A stretch of DNA of 64,000 bases, taken from contig NZ_CP101166.1 in the NCBI RefSeq assembly GCF_024298885.1, positions 2,291,149 to 2,355,148 on the forward strand. Direction: 5' to 3'. A program made the position numbers and the translations under genes. Shown here piece after piece: positions 18,146 to 29,426 of the stretch (positions are counted from its first letter, which is position 1; each line of letters opens with the position of its first letter). Origin of the DNA: Haloglomus halophilum. Lineage in GTDB: Archaea > Halobacteriota > Halobacteria > Halobacteriales > Haloarculaceae. The notes below the pieces were generated by a model that saw only the letters and a program-made list of their open reading frames with translations, made no database searches and was not told where the DNA came from.

Positions 18146-18898
18146 TCAGACGAGGCCGTCGTCGGTCGGCGTGGCGGTGGCGCCGCCGGAACCGCTCCCG
18201 TCGGTTGCGGTCGGGGTGCTGTCGGGGCTGTCGCCGCTGTTGCCGCCGTCTCCACTGCCGCCGCCACTGCCGCCGCCGCCGGGATGCTGGACGCCGTTCA
18301 ACAGCGTGTCGACGTTCTCCTGCTCGCTGTCGAGCTGGGTCGGGTAGACCGCGATGGCGACGACGTAGTCGTCACCGCTCCGGGTCTGGGCGATATGCAT
18401 GAACACCTCGGTGTCCGTGCCCTGCGTCGTCTGTGCATCGGCGCGGAACTTGCTGACGGTCACCTCGTCGCCGAGCATCGTCGCCGTCCGGTTCCCCTCG
18501 AACCGGACGTTGTCGATGGTGTCGTACTGGGCCTGGAGCTGCAGCGCCAGCTGCGTGTTGTTCAGGTCCGCGACGGGGTTGAACGGTCCCTGGCCGGCGA
18601 CCTCGACCGCCGGCGTGGTGAACACGCTGAACCGGGCAACCTCCTGGTCACCGAACACCGGCAGGCTGGTGGAGCGTGAGTACTCGGTGAGCTGGTTGTT
18701 CACCTTCACCTCCTGCCCGGCGAACGAGCGAGTGACCTCCTGTGTATCCTCGTTCGCCAGCGAGTAGTCCGTACTGGACTGTGCCGACTCCGAGACGGTC
18801 CCCCGCTCGGCGGTGAAGGTGGTCGCCCCGGTGAGGGCCGAACAGCCCGCAGTGATGGTCAGTAGCGCGAGCAACGCGGCGACTGCACGTCGTGTCAT
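18146..18898 (-). CDS. secreted lipoprotein, hypothetical (Gly/Ser/Thr-rich C-terminal tail)
   Basis: MTRRAVAALLALLTITAGC signal plus lipobox. Confidence 0.6.
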   Translation of the reverse strand: MTRRAVAALLALLTITAGCSALTGATTFTAERGTVSESAQSSTDYSLANEDTQEVTRSFAGQEVKVNNQLTEYSRSTSLPVFGDQEVARFSVFTTPAVEVAGQGPFNPVADLNNTQLALQLQAQYDTIDNVRFEGNRTATMLGDEVTVSKFRADAQTTQGTDTEVFMHIAQTRSGDDYVVAIAVYPTQLDSEQENVDTLLNGVQHPGGGGSGGGSGDGGNSGDSPDSTPTATDGSGSGGATATPTDDGLV

Positions 18899-18988
18899 CG
18901 GCCGTCGGTTCTCGACTGCCGGGCATAAGTCCGGTGGCATGACCCCGTCAGGGCGTCGAACGGACGGTCAGGATGGCCCTGCGGGCCG

Positions 18989-20488
<1,500 letters not shown>

Positions 20489-20552
20489 GTCCCGGGATTG
20501 CCCCGGTCGGGATTTCAACGATGCGGTCCCTGCGGACGGTGCGAGTCCCTGC

Positions 20553-21041
20553 CTACACCGTCTCCTCGACCACCCGCAGCGCCGTCGGGCCGTCGCGTCG
20601 CGGCACGACCACCACGAGGCTCTCGTCGGTCGCGCCGGCCGCGTTCACGTCGATATCGTCGATGCGGAGGCGGTCGAGGACGGTCGCCAGCTGGACGGGG
20701 TCGAGGTCGCCGGTCGCGACGATACCGGTGTCGTCGCCGCCGGTCGGCGCGAGGATGGTGCCACCGACCGAGAGGACGGCGTCCGCGCGGTCGTCCGTGG
20801 GGCCGATGCCCGAGCGCATCTCGACGCGGGCGCTCGCGTCGGCGGTGGTGGGCTCGTACTCGCCGAGTTCGTCGGCGTAGCGGCGGAGCGCGGCCGCGAC
20901 GGCCTCGTGGTCCTCGTCGCTCCCGTCGCCCACGTCGAGGTAGCGGGCCGCGGCGGTGAAGTTGACCACGCCCGCCTGGAGCGCGGCGTGGAGGAAGGGC
21001 CGCGCGTCGACGGCCTCGCGCGTGTCGGCTGCCAGCGTCAT
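20553..21041 (-). CDS. hypothetical protein
   Basis: 163-aa ORF starting MTLAADTREAVDARPFLHAAL; no known motif recognised. Confidence 0.4.
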   Translation of the reverse strand: MTLAADTREAVDARPFLHAALQAGVVNFTAAARYLDVGDGSDEDHEAVAAALRRYADELGEYEPTTADASARVEMRSGIGPTDDRADAVLSVGGTILAPTGGDDTGIVATGDLDPVQLATVLDRLRIDDIDVNAAGATDESLVVVVPRRDGPTALRVVEETV

Positions 21042-21106
21042 GTGTTGGTGCGCTCGTGGAAGCGTCGTCAACGTGTTGGTGGGGGCAGAACGCTCCTGGC
21101 GATTCC

Positions 21107-21440
21107 GGTGGCGCTGCTTTCGATGGAACCGGATAGAAAGCCCCCGACCGCTCGACCAGCCGCGGCTCGCTGCGGTCCTCGGTCGCTCACTACGTTCACT
21201 CCCTGCGGTCCTTGTGTCGCCGGGGCTGGGTCGAGCGGCCGGCCCCTTTCAGTCCCGCCCTGTGGCCTGTTCGGGGTAGCGCTCGCGCGTGGTGGTTCCG
21301 GCCGAGCAGGGTATCCCCACCCCTCCCCGCGCGGGCGCCGAGAACGGCTCACCCCCTCGGCCGGAGGCCTCGGGGTTCACCGCGAGTGGCGCCCGCGCGC
21401 TTCCTGCTCCCGGAACCGGTCGGCCAACCAACCGCCCCAC
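21107..21440 (-). repeat. hairpin-rich intergenic repeat element, copy R1 (core about 21133-21267 plus extension to about 21440)
   Basis: The reverse complement of 21133-21267 aligns nearly base-for-base with 23713-23836 and 46366-46492 (GGGACTGAAAGGGGCCGG...CTCGAC...GCAGGGAG...GCGCAGCGAG...TCGAGC...GGGGGCTTTC). The extension 21268-21440 matches the reverse complement of 46205-46360. Confidence 0.75.
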
Positions 21441-21537
21441 GGCCGGGAGCGCGTGGCGCAGCGCGGACGCGCAAGCCCGCGCGACACGGGGAAGGGCAGG
21501 GCCGCCGCGAGCCTCCACACTCCACGGTCGGGTGGGA

Positions 21538-21700
21538 ATGGAAGGGGCCGCGGGCTCGACCCTGCCCGGACGACGCAAGCAGCGGGGCGCTACGCGCCCC
21601 GGGCGAACGGCGAAGCCGTGAGCACCACAGGGTGAGCGAAGCGAACCCGAGGAGCGCAGCGAGGCCCGGCAGGTCGAGCCCGCGGGGGCTTCCTATCTAT
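21538..21700 (+). repeat. repeat element copy R2 (degenerate/rearranged), forming an inverted pair with R1
   Basis: Contains GGAAGGGGCCGCGGGCTCGAC...ACGACGCAAGCAGC...GAGCGAAGCGAACCCGAGGAGCGCAGCGAGGCCCGGCAGGTCGAGCCCGCGGGGGCTTCC, matching the core motif order. Confidence 0.6.
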
Positions 21701-21788
21701 CCCACTCTGCGGTCACTGAGTTCGCAAATTATTGTCCAATCTGGCGATTAAATATTTTATTCTATGGTTTCGATAAGATAGAGCCGAA

Positions 21789-22670
21789 TTACGCGATAAC
21801 CAGCCACGCACCGAACACGGCGAGTGCCCCGAGCGCCGTGCTCCCGACCGCGTGCATCCGGAGCCGGTCCAGAAGCTGGTGTGCCTCGCCCTCCATATCC
21901 TCCAGCTCCGCGACCTGTCCGACCTCCCCACCCAGCTCGCACTCGGGCAGGAAGTCCATCGCGAGGTGGAGGAAGATGCCGGCGGCGAAGCCGAACACCG
22001 CCGCACTGACGTTGTCCGACAGCGGCGGCTGGATGGCGGCCACCGGGATGGCCGTGAGCGCGACGCCGGCGGCCGGGAGCAGCAGGAGCGAGATGCGCTG
22101 GCCCTCGTGGCGGAGGCGGCGGGCAGCCGCGTAGCCCGCGGGCCCCTTGTGCGAGACGATGGCGAGGCCGAGCAGGAGGCCGGGGTCCGGGAGCGCGGCG
22201 TAGATGACGCCGATGATGAGTCCCGCGGCCAGCGAGTGCGCGGTGAGCTCGACTGCGGCGGAGTTGACGCCGTCGACGTGCGCGAGGCGGTGACTGACGG
22301 TGTGGGAGGCGTAGCCCGCGAGCAGCCCCGCGGCGACGCCGAAGCCGCCGATCTGTCCGCCGAGACCGAACGCCTGCGGCAGGAGGAAGACGGCGGCGGA
22401 GGTGACCATCGCGCCGGCCGCGAGGCCGTAGCCCCACACCAGCCCGAACGCGTCGCGGGTCCGGGCGGCACGGTTGCCCAGCAGCGCGGCGCCCGCCATC
22501 GCGACGAACGCGACCCAGCCGACGATCAGGAGCTTCCACAGGCCCTCCGAGACCGCTATCGCGGAGACTGCGAGTAGCCCCACGACGGCCACGGCCCCGA
22601 CCGTCGACACGTCTCCGAGGCTCCCCTCGACCACCGACTCGTCACCGTCCGTCCGTGCCTCCGCACTCAT
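21789..22670 (-). CDS. zupT: ZIP family divalent metal (zinc) transporter
   Basis: HSLAAGLIIG, HKGPAGYAAA, FLHLAMDFLPE: ZIP signature helices with His/Asp/Glu metal ligands. Confidence 0.8.
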   Translation of the reverse strand: MSAEARTDGDESVVEGSLGDVSTVGAVAVVGLLAVSAIAVSEGLWKLLIVGWVAFVAMAGAALLGNRAARTRDAFGLVWGYGLAAGAMVTSAAVFLLPQAFGLGGQIGGFGVAAGLLAGYASHTVSHRLAHVDGVNSAAVELTAHSLAAGLIIGVIYAALPDPGLLLGLAIVSHKGPAGYAAARRLRHEGQRISLLLLPAAGVALTAIPVAAIQPPLSDNVSAAVFGFAAGIFLHLAMDFLPECELGGEVGQVAELEDMEGEAHQLLDRLRMHAVGSTALGALAVFGAWLVIA

Positions 22671-22760
22671 GTTGATAATAACTCTATGGCGCTAGTTAAT
22701 AGAACTGTCGGGGTGGCGTGCGTGGAGTTGTTAACCGGCGGGGTCGGTGCGGCGGCCTGG

Positions 22761-23447
22761 TCATCCCGTCGCCTGCTTCCACGCCCGCAGGTCCAGTACG
22801 CCGCCGTCGAGGTCCTCGGCTGGCGCCTCGGTGGCGGCCCAGTGGAACAGGTCCGCGACCTCTTCGGCGTCGCGTCCGGGTCCCTCCCCGGTCAACTCGG
22901 TCGAGACCTGCCCGGGGTCGACGACGCCGACCGGCACGTCGAGGTCGGCGGCGAACTGCCGGGCGAGTGCCTCCGCGAGCCCCTTCGACACCGCGTAGCT
23001 CCCGAACCCGGCCTTCGCGTCGCGGGCGATGCTCCCGGAGGGCACGAGCACCCGCGCGTCGTCGGCGAGGTGGGGGACGGACTCGCGGATGGTGGCGAAC
23101 ACGCCCCGGCCGTTCGTGCGGAGGTGGTCGTCGAACGCGGCGTAGGACTCGTCGGCGAGCGGTGTCGCTCCCGGGTCGCCGTGGTAGACACCGGCGTTGG
23201 CGACGACGAGGTCGAGCGGGCCCCCCGCCCGGGCGGCCGTCTCGGCGAATCGCTCGACATCGAACTCGTCGCGCACGTCCGCGCGCTGGGTCGTCGCCTC
23301 GCCGCCAGCCGAGACGATGTCGGCGGCCACCTCGTGGAGGGGATCTTCCTCGCGGGCACAGAGTGCGACGTGCGCCCCCTTCTCGCCGAATCGACGGGCG
23401 ACGGCGGCGCCGATGCCGCGACTGCCACCCGTGATGAGTACGTTCAT
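22761..23447 (-). CDS. short-chain dehydrogenase/reductase (SDR)
   Basis: ITGGSRGIG Rossmann motif, NAG, YxxxK (YAVSKGLAEALARQ). Confidence 0.85.
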   Translation of the reverse strand: MNVLITGGSRGIGAAVARRFGEKGAHVALCAREEDPLHEVAADIVSAGGEATTQRADVRDEFDVERFAETAARAGGPLDLVVANAGVYHGDPGATPLADESYAAFDDHLRTNGRGVFATIRESVPHLADDARVLVPSGSIARDAKAGFGSYAVSKGLAEALARQFAADLDVPVGVVDPGQVSTELTGEGPGRDAEEVADLFHWAATEAPAEDLDGGVLDLRAWKQATG

Positions 23448-23559
23448 GACCCGGGGGACGGCCGGCGGGGGGATGGTCGTTTTCCCCGCGGCAGTCCAGG
23501 TCGCGGATGAGCCGTGTCCGATAGTGTCGAGGGTGGATGCTCCATCTGGTCGTTAGAGG

Positions 23560-23836
23560 TGATGTTTCTCCCAGTCGTTCCACGGTGGAGCGCGACGAAC
23601 AGAGCGGTTGGAAGTCCCTGGTCCCTTCCATTCCCACCCGAAATGCCCGTTCCACGGAGCGTACGCACCGAGCCAGCACGGTGTGAAGCGCCCCTGGACC
23701 GCCGAACCGAGCGGGACTGAAAGGGGCCGGCTGCTCGACGAAGCACGACGACGCAAGCACTGCAGGGAGCGAGCGAAGCGAGCGACCGAGGCGCGCAGCG
23801 AGGCACGCGAGTCGAGCAGCCGGGGGCTTTCAACAG
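23560..23836 (+). repeat. repeat element copy R3 (core 23713-23836 plus upstream related segment)
   Basis: Core GGGACTGAAAGGGGCCGGCTGCTCGACGAAGCACGACGACGCAAGCACTGCAGG...GCGCGCAGCGAGGCACGCGAGTCGAGCAGCCGGGGGCTTTC; the upstream CCCTTCCATTCCCACCC is the reverse complement of 21524-21540. Confidence 0.75.
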
Positions 23837-24231
23837 GTTCCCGTCACTGTGTCACCGCACCGAACACATCGCTGATAGAAACGCATGCTCGTTCTCACGG
23901 GCGAGCGAAGCGGGGTCCATATCCGGACACCATCCGGAGTCGTGACGTAACGGCTAAGTTCGCGGCTCCTGATTCGGCACGTATGCGACGGCGCGCGCAC
24001 GCTCGGTTCCGCACGACGCCGAGCGGCGCGTCCGCCCGTCCGTTCTCGAAGGCCGGGAAGCGCAAGCGCAAGCGTCAGTGATGGCTCGCGGCGGGTTGCC
24101 ACCCCGTCCCGGGCCGCTCCCGGTCGCCCGAACTACAACTACATAGGGGAGCGACCCGACGACCTCCCCACGAACGGCCTCGGCCCGCTCCGCGGCGCCC
24201 GCGGCCACCGACACACCACACGACACCCACC

Positions 24232-25131
24232 ATGACACACGACACCTTCGACGGCGTGTTCCCCGCGATGACCACGCCGTTCCACGATGACGAGAGCATC
24301 GACTTCGAGACACTGCAGGCGAACGCCCGCCGACTGGAGGAAGCCGGCGTCGACGGCGTCGTCCCCGTCGGGACGACCGGCGAGTCCGCCACGATGACCC
24401 ACGACGAGCACGTCGAGGTCATCGAGGCGGTCGTCGAGGCCATCGAGGACGTGCCCGTCATCGCGGGCAGCGGCTCGAACAACACCCGCGAGGCGCTGGA
24501 GCTCTCCCGGCGCGCCGAGGCCGCCGGCGCCGACGCGCTGCTCCTGATCTCGCCGTACTACAACATCCCCGAACCCGAGGGGATGGAGCACCACTTCCGG
24601 CAGGTCGCTGACGAGGTCGACCTCCCGCAGATCATCTACAACGTCCCCGGCCGCACCGGGCGCAACATCGCCGTCGAGACGGCGGTCAACCTCTCCAGCC
24701 ACGAGAACATCGTCGGCTACAAGGCCGCCAGCGGCGACATGGGCCGCATCTGCGAGGTCATCGAGCGGACGCGCGAGGAGAACTTCACCGTCCTCTCCGG
24801 TGACGACGGGATGACCCTGCCCGTCGTCGCGACCGGCGGCACCGGCTGCATCTCCGTCGCCGCGAACGTCGAGCCCGAGCGCACCGTGGAGATGGCCCAC
24901 GCGGCACTGGCCGACGAGATGGACCGCGCCCGCGAACTCCACCACGAACTGGGGCCGCTGTTCCGCACGCTGTTCGTCGAGACCAACCCCATCCCCATCA
25001 AGGAGGCCATGGAGATGCGGGGCCACCATCCGCGAACGATGCGCTCGCCGCTGTCGTACCTGAGCGAGCCGAACCGTGACCGCCTCCGCGAGGTGCTGGC
25101 GGCGCTCGAACCCGTCGACGCCGAAGCATGA
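24232..25131 (+). CDS. dapA: 4-hydroxy-tetrahydrodipicolinate synthase
   Basis: DapA/NAL fold with catalytic Lys region (GYKAASGD) and TTGESATMT. Confidence 0.9.
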   Translation: MTHDTFDGVFPAMTTPFHDDESIDFETLQANARRLEEAGVDGVVPVGTTGESATMTHDEHVEVIEAVVEAIEDVPVIAGSGSNNTREALELSRRAEAAGADALLLISPYYNIPEPEGMEHHFRQVADEVDLPQIIYNVPGRTGRNIAVETAVNLSSHENIVGYKAASGDMGRICEVIERTREENFTVLSGDDGMTLPVVATGGTGCISVAANVEPERTVEMAHAALADEMDRARELHHELGPLFRTLFVETNPIPIKEAMEMRGHHPRTMRSPLSYLSEPNRDRLREVLAALEPVDAEA

Positions 25132-25889
25132 GAGTGATTGTCACCGGCGCGACCGGCCGGACCGGCGGCGAGGTCGCACGCGAGGTCGCAGAGCGCGGCC
25201 ACGAGCTCGTCCCCGTCTCGCGCGAACCCGCCGGCACGGTCGCGGGCGCAGACCTTCGGCCCGCCGAGGACCTGCCCGCACTCCTCGATGCCGAGGGCAC
25301 CGTTCTGATCGATTTCACGGTGCCCGTCGCGAGCGCCGACTACATCGCGCAGGCGGCCGAGGCCGGCACGCCTGCGGTCATCGGTACCACCGGCTTCGAC
25401 AGTGAGGGGACTGCCGCGCTGGACGCCGCCGCGGAGTCGATCCCGTTGCTGAAGGCCGCCAACTTCGCCCGCGGTGTGCAGGCGCTGCTGAACGTGGTCC
25501 GAGAGGCCGCGACGGCGCTCCCGGGCTACGACGTGGAACTGACCGAGACCCACCACAACGGGAAGCGCGACGCTCCGAGCGGGACCGCGAAGACGCTGCT
25601 CGACGCTCTGGACGACGCCCGCGACGAGGCGCTCGACCGGACCCACGGCCGCGAGGGCGAGGACCCGCGTGAGCCGGGGCAGGTCGGCGTTCACGTCCGC
25701 CGGGCGGGCGACGTTCGGGGCGAGCACGAACTCATGTTCGCCGACAACGACGAGGTGCTCACGCTCGCCCATCGCGCCGAGTCCCGCGGCGTGTTCGCCG
25801 CCGGCGCGGTCGATGCAGCCGAGTGGCTTCCCGGGCACGAGGCGGGCTGGTACGAGTTCGGGGACGTTATCGGGGACGGGGGTGACTGA
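25128..25889 (+). CDS. dapB: 4-hydroxy-tetrahydrodipicolinate reductase
   Basis: MRVIVTGATGRTG NAD(P)-binding, ELTETHHNGKRDAPSGTA catalytic motif; ATGA overlap with dapA. Confidence 0.9.
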   Translation: MRVIVTGATGRTGGEVAREVAERGHELVPVSREPAGTVAGADLRPAEDLPALLDAEGTVLIDFTVPVASADYIAQAAEAGTPAVIGTTGFDSEGTAALDAAAESIPLLKAANFARGVQALLNVVREAATALPGYDVELTETHHNGKRDAPSGTAKTLLDALDDARDEALDRTHGREGEDPREPGQVGVHVRRAGDVRGEHELMFADNDEVLTLAHRAESRGVFAAGAVDAAEWLPGHEAGWYEFGDVIGDGGD

Positions 25890-25895
25890 CAACCC

Positions 25896-26729
25896 ATGAG
25901 CACGCTGGAAGCGGACGTGGCGGAACTGGCAGCGCGGTACGATGCCGGCAACGTCGACGCGGTCGGAAGCGAGGAGCTGGATACGCTGGAGGCCTTCCTC
26001 GATGCCCTCGAGTCGGGCGAGATTCGCGCCGCTGAACCCGGCGACGACGGCTGGGAGGCCAACGAGTGGGTCAAGCGCGGCATCCTGCTCAACTTCGGCC
26101 TGCGCGATATCCAGGCCTACGAACACGGCGGCGTCACATATCACGACGTCCTGCCGCTGCGCGAGACCGGCGACCTGCCCGAGCGCGGGACCCGCAACAC
26201 CCCGACCGGCACCGTCATCCGCCGGGGCGCGTACGTCGGTGCCGACGCCATCATGATGTCGCCCGCGTTCGTCAACATCGGCGCCCACGTCGGCGACGGT
26301 ACGCTGGTCGACTCCTGCGACACGGTCGGCTCCTGTGCCCAGATCGGCGACGACGTGAAACTCGGCGCGAACACACTCATCGGCGGCGTCCTCGAACCCG
26401 TCGAGGCCGAACCCGTCGTCGTCGAGGACGGTGTCTCGCTGGGCGCGGGCTGTCGGGTCACGTCGGGCTTCGAGGTCGGCGAGAACTCCGTCGTCGGCGA
26501 GAATACGCTCCTGACGCCGCGCATCCCGGTGTACGACCTCGTCGAGGACGAGGTCATCTACGGCCAACTCCCGCCGGAGCGCCGGGCGTTCATCCGGTAC
26601 GTCGAGTCGAGCGTCGGCGAGCACGACCTGTTCGACGGCGGCGCGTACAAGCCAGCGGTCGTGGCGACCCACGTCGAGGAGTCGACGCTGGAGGCGACCG
26701 AGCGCGAGGACGCACTGCGGGACAACTGA
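25896..26729 (+). CDS. dapD: 2,3,4,5-tetrahydropyridine-2,6-dicarboxylate N-acyl(succinyl)transferase
   Basis: Left-handed beta-helix hexapeptide repeats (GAYVGADAIMMSPAFVNIGAHVGDGTLVDS...) with a DapD-type N-terminal domain. Confidence 0.8.
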   Translation: MSTLEADVAELAARYDAGNVDAVGSEELDTLEAFLDALESGEIRAAEPGDDGWEANEWVKRGILLNFGLRDIQAYEHGGVTYHDVLPLRETGDLPERGTRNTPTGTVIRRGAYVGADAIMMSPAFVNIGAHVGDGTLVDSCDTVGSCAQIGDDVKLGANTLIGGVLEPVEAEPVVVEDGVSLGAGCRVTSGFEVGENSVVGENTLLTPRIPVYDLVEDEVIYGQLPPERRAFIRYVESSVGEHDLFDGGAYKPAVVATHVEESTLEATEREDALRDN

Positions 26730-26785
26730 GATTCAGTATGGTTTCCACTCGAACGCACAGCGACGACGGACAACGGCGGAACCTC

Positions 26786-27000
26786 GGAAGCCCTCGCGCT
26801 CTCGACTCGCGCGCCTCGCTGCGCGCTTCGGCCTCGCTTCGCTCGGCCTGCAGTGCTTGCGTCGTCCTCAGAATCGAAGATTCTGCTGGGCTGCGGGAGA
26901 GCTTCGCTCTCCCGAACGGCGTGCTTCGTCGAGAGGATTGTCGGCTCCGCCGACAATCTATTAGCTGGCGGCTTCGCCGCCAGCCGCGCTCGCCCTTCCA
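26786..27000 (-). repeat. repeat element copy R4, inside the lysine operon (dapD-lysA spacer), core interrupted by a 52-nt two-hairpin insertion
   Basis: CTCGACTCGCGCGCCTCGCTGCGCGC...CCTGCAGTGCTTGCGTCGTC[52-nt insert]GTGCTTCGTCGAGAGG is the reverse complement of the R3 core; downstream perfect hairpins GATTGTCGG-ctcc-CCGACAATC and CTGGCGGC-ttc-GCCGCCAG. Confidence 0.7.
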
Positions 27001-27059
27001 GTCCGCCAGGACGTCGCCTGTCACACCGAGCGACGCTACTTGCTGGAGAGGTGCGTGCC

Positions 27060-28376
27060 ATGCCTGATGGCGAGGGCTGGCCGTCGACGACGGACAACCC
27101 GGCGGTCCGTCGGCTCTCGGACTGGCCGGCCGAACCGCTCCGGAACCTGGCCGACGAGTACGAGACGCCGCTGTACGTGGCGGACCTGGACCGCGTGAAG
27201 GCCAACGCCTCGCGGTTGCGGTCGGCGTTTCCGGACGCGGACCTGAGCTACGCGGTGAAGGCCAACACCACGCGGCCGGTGCTAGAGACCCTCGCCGACC
27301 GCGGTGTCGGCGCCGAGTGCGCGGCGGCGGGCGAGGTGAAGCGGTCGCTGGAGGCCGGGTTCCCCGCCAGTCGGGTCCGGTACACGGCGGTCAACCCGCC
27401 GGCACGTGACCTCGACTACGTCTGCGGGCTGGACGCCGCGGACGACATGGTGCTCACGGTCGGCGCGATGGACACCCTGAACCGGGTCGCACAGCGCGGC
27501 TTCCGGGGACGGCTCTGTGTCCGCGTGAATCCGGGTGTCGGCGCGGGCCACCACGCGAAGGTGTCGACCGGCGGGGAGCCGAAGTTCGGCGTCCCGTACG
27601 ACCGGACGGCGGCGGTCGTCGAGCAGGCGCTCGAGCACGGCTTCGAGGTGGTCGGGCTCCACGCCCACGCCGGGAGCGGTATCTCCGGCGACGACCTCTC
27701 CGCACACCGCGAGCTCGTCCGGCGAATGGGCGGGCTCGCGGGCGACGTGGAGGAGAGCCTGGACTTCGTCGCCGTCGGCGGCGGGTTCGGCGTCCCGTAC
27801 CACGAGGACGAGCCGCCGCTCGACCTCGACACGGTGGCCGAGGCGACCCGGGAGGCGTACCGCGAGGGGTGGCTGGAGGCCGTGGCGGGCGACGACGGCG
27901 AGGACGCGCCGGCGCCGCCACAGCTCGCCATCGAGCCGGGGCGCTACTTCGTTGCCGACGCCGGCGTCCTGCTGACGACCGTCAACACCGTCAAGCCGAC
28001 GCCGGAGACGACCGTCGTCGGCATCGACGCCGGGATGACGACCCTGGTCCGGCCAGCGATGTACGACGCCTACCACGAACTCCGGAGCCTGGAGCCGGAC
28101 ACGCCACGGCGCGACGCCGTCGCCTGTGATATCTCCGGGCCCGTCTGCGAGACCGCGGACGTCTTCGCAAGGGACCGACCCCTGCCTGACCCGTCACGCG
28201 GCGACCTGCTCGCCATCGGCAACGCCGGCGCCTACGGCTACGAGATGGCCAGCAACTACAACTCTCGGCCGCGGCCGGCGGTGGTCGCGCTGGAGCACGG
28301 CGAGCCCCGGCTGGCGGCGCGACGCGAGCGGCTGGACGAATTAACCCGGCTAGAATCAGAAGCGGAGGACTCTTGA
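27060..28376 (+). CDS. lysA: diaminopimelate decarboxylase
   Basis: PLP fold-III decarboxylase: SYAVKAN (PLP Lys), GLHAHAGSG, CGPVCE. Confidence 0.9.
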   Translation: MPDGEGWPSTTDNPAVRRLSDWPAEPLRNLADEYETPLYVADLDRVKANASRLRSAFPDADLSYAVKANTTRPVLETLADRGVGAECAAAGEVKRSLEAGFPASRVRYTAVNPPARDLDYVCGLDAADDMVLTVGAMDTLNRVAQRGFRGRLCVRVNPGVGAGHHAKVSTGGEPKFGVPYDRTAAVVEQALEHGFEVVGLHAHAGSGISGDDLSAHRELVRRMGGLAGDVEESLDFVAVGGGFGVPYHEDEPPLDLDTVAEATREAYREGWLEAVAGDDGEDAPAPPQLAIEPGRYFVADAGVLLTTVNTVKPTPETTVVGIDAGMTTLVRPAMYDAYHELRSLEPDTPRRDAVACDISGPVCETADVFARDRPLPDPSRGDLLAIGNAGAYGYEMASNYNSRPRPAVVALEHGEPRLAARRERLDELTRLESEAEDS

Positions 28377-28456
28377 GCGCGACTCACATCTAGCCATCAA
28401 CGAACGACGTGTCAGACGGTCTCACGGGTCGGCACGTCACCCCACGCGAGGACACG

Positions 28457-29422
28457 ATGGTACACATCCAGAAATACCACGGAACGGGCAACGACTTCGT
28501 CGTCGTGGACGCCGCCGAGCGGGTCGGTGACCGGCGGGCGTTCGCACGAGCACTCTGTGACCGAACCACTGGCATCAGCCACCCGGACAGCCCCCACATC
28601 GGGGCGGACGGCGTGCTCTTCCTCCATCTCGAGACGGAGTACGCCTCCCCGCGCGTCGTGATGACGCTCGTCCAGCCGGACGGGTCCGTCGCCGCGATGT
28701 GTGGCAACGGCGCGCGCTGTGCGGCCCGCTGGGCCGCCGAACGCACCGGGAGCGACGAGGTGATGATCGATACGCAGTCCGGGACCCGTCGCGCGGTCAT
28801 CGCACGCGAGGCTCCGGACGACGGCAACCGTGGCCACGGCGACGACCGGGGCTTCGGCGACGATGTCACCATCGAGATGGGTCGCCCGCGGTTCCTCCCG
28901 GGCGCGGTCCCGGTCCAGACGGCCGAACCGCTCGTCCAGGAACACGTCGAGGGCCTCACCGTCACGGCCGTCAACACGGGCGTCCCGCACGCGGTCTCCT
29001 TCGTCGAGGACGTGGACGCGGTGGACCTCGAGGACGTGGCACCCGCGGTCCGACACGCCGACGTGTTCCCGGAGGGCGCGAACGTGACTCTCGCCTCGCG
29101 TGTCGCACCGGTCGGGGACGAGGACGCGGCCTTCCGCCAGCGGACCTACGAGCGCGGCGTCGAGGGTGAGACGGATTCCTGTGGGACGGGTGCGGTCGCC
29201 ATCGCGGCGGTCGCCCACCGACTCGGACGAATCGGAACCGGCGAGACCGTCCGGGTCACCCCGCCGGGTGGTGACCTGTTCGTCACGGTCACCGACGACG
29301 ACGCGCTCCTCCGCGGGCCAGCCGTCTTCGAGTTCGAGGCCGAGGTCCCGGAGCCGGGCGTGGGGCCGGACGCCGAACTGGATGTCGATTTGACGGATGC
29401 GGGTACCAACACGGGCGACTAG
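28457..29422 (+). CDS. dapF: diaminopimelate epimerase
   Basis: MVHIQKYHGTGNDFVVVD opening and two catalytic Cys (CGNGARC, SCGTGAVA). Confidence 0.85.
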   Translation: MVHIQKYHGTGNDFVVVDAAERVGDRRAFARALCDRTTGISHPDSPHIGADGVLFLHLETEYASPRVVMTLVQPDGSVAAMCGNGARCAARWAAERTGSDEVMIDTQSGTRRAVIAREAPDDGNRGHGDDRGFGDDVTIEMGRPRFLPGAVPVQTAEPLVQEHVEGLTVTAVNTGVPHAVSFVEDVDAVDLEDVAPAVRHADVFPEGANVTLASRVAPVGDEDAAFRQRTYERGVEGETDSCGTGAVAIAAVAHRLGRIGTGETVRVTPPGGDLFVTVTDDDALLRGPAVFEFEAEVPEPGVGPDAELDVDLTDAGTNTGD

Positions 29423-29426
29423 ACGC

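Noticed and set aside
21068-23833. Short ORFs inside the repeat copies with apparently conserved peptides (LASPCFVERAAPFSP / LASSCFVEQPAPFSP)
   Set aside because: The conservation is a consequence of nucleotide identity between repeat copies. The frames differ between copies and are interrupted; there is no start context.
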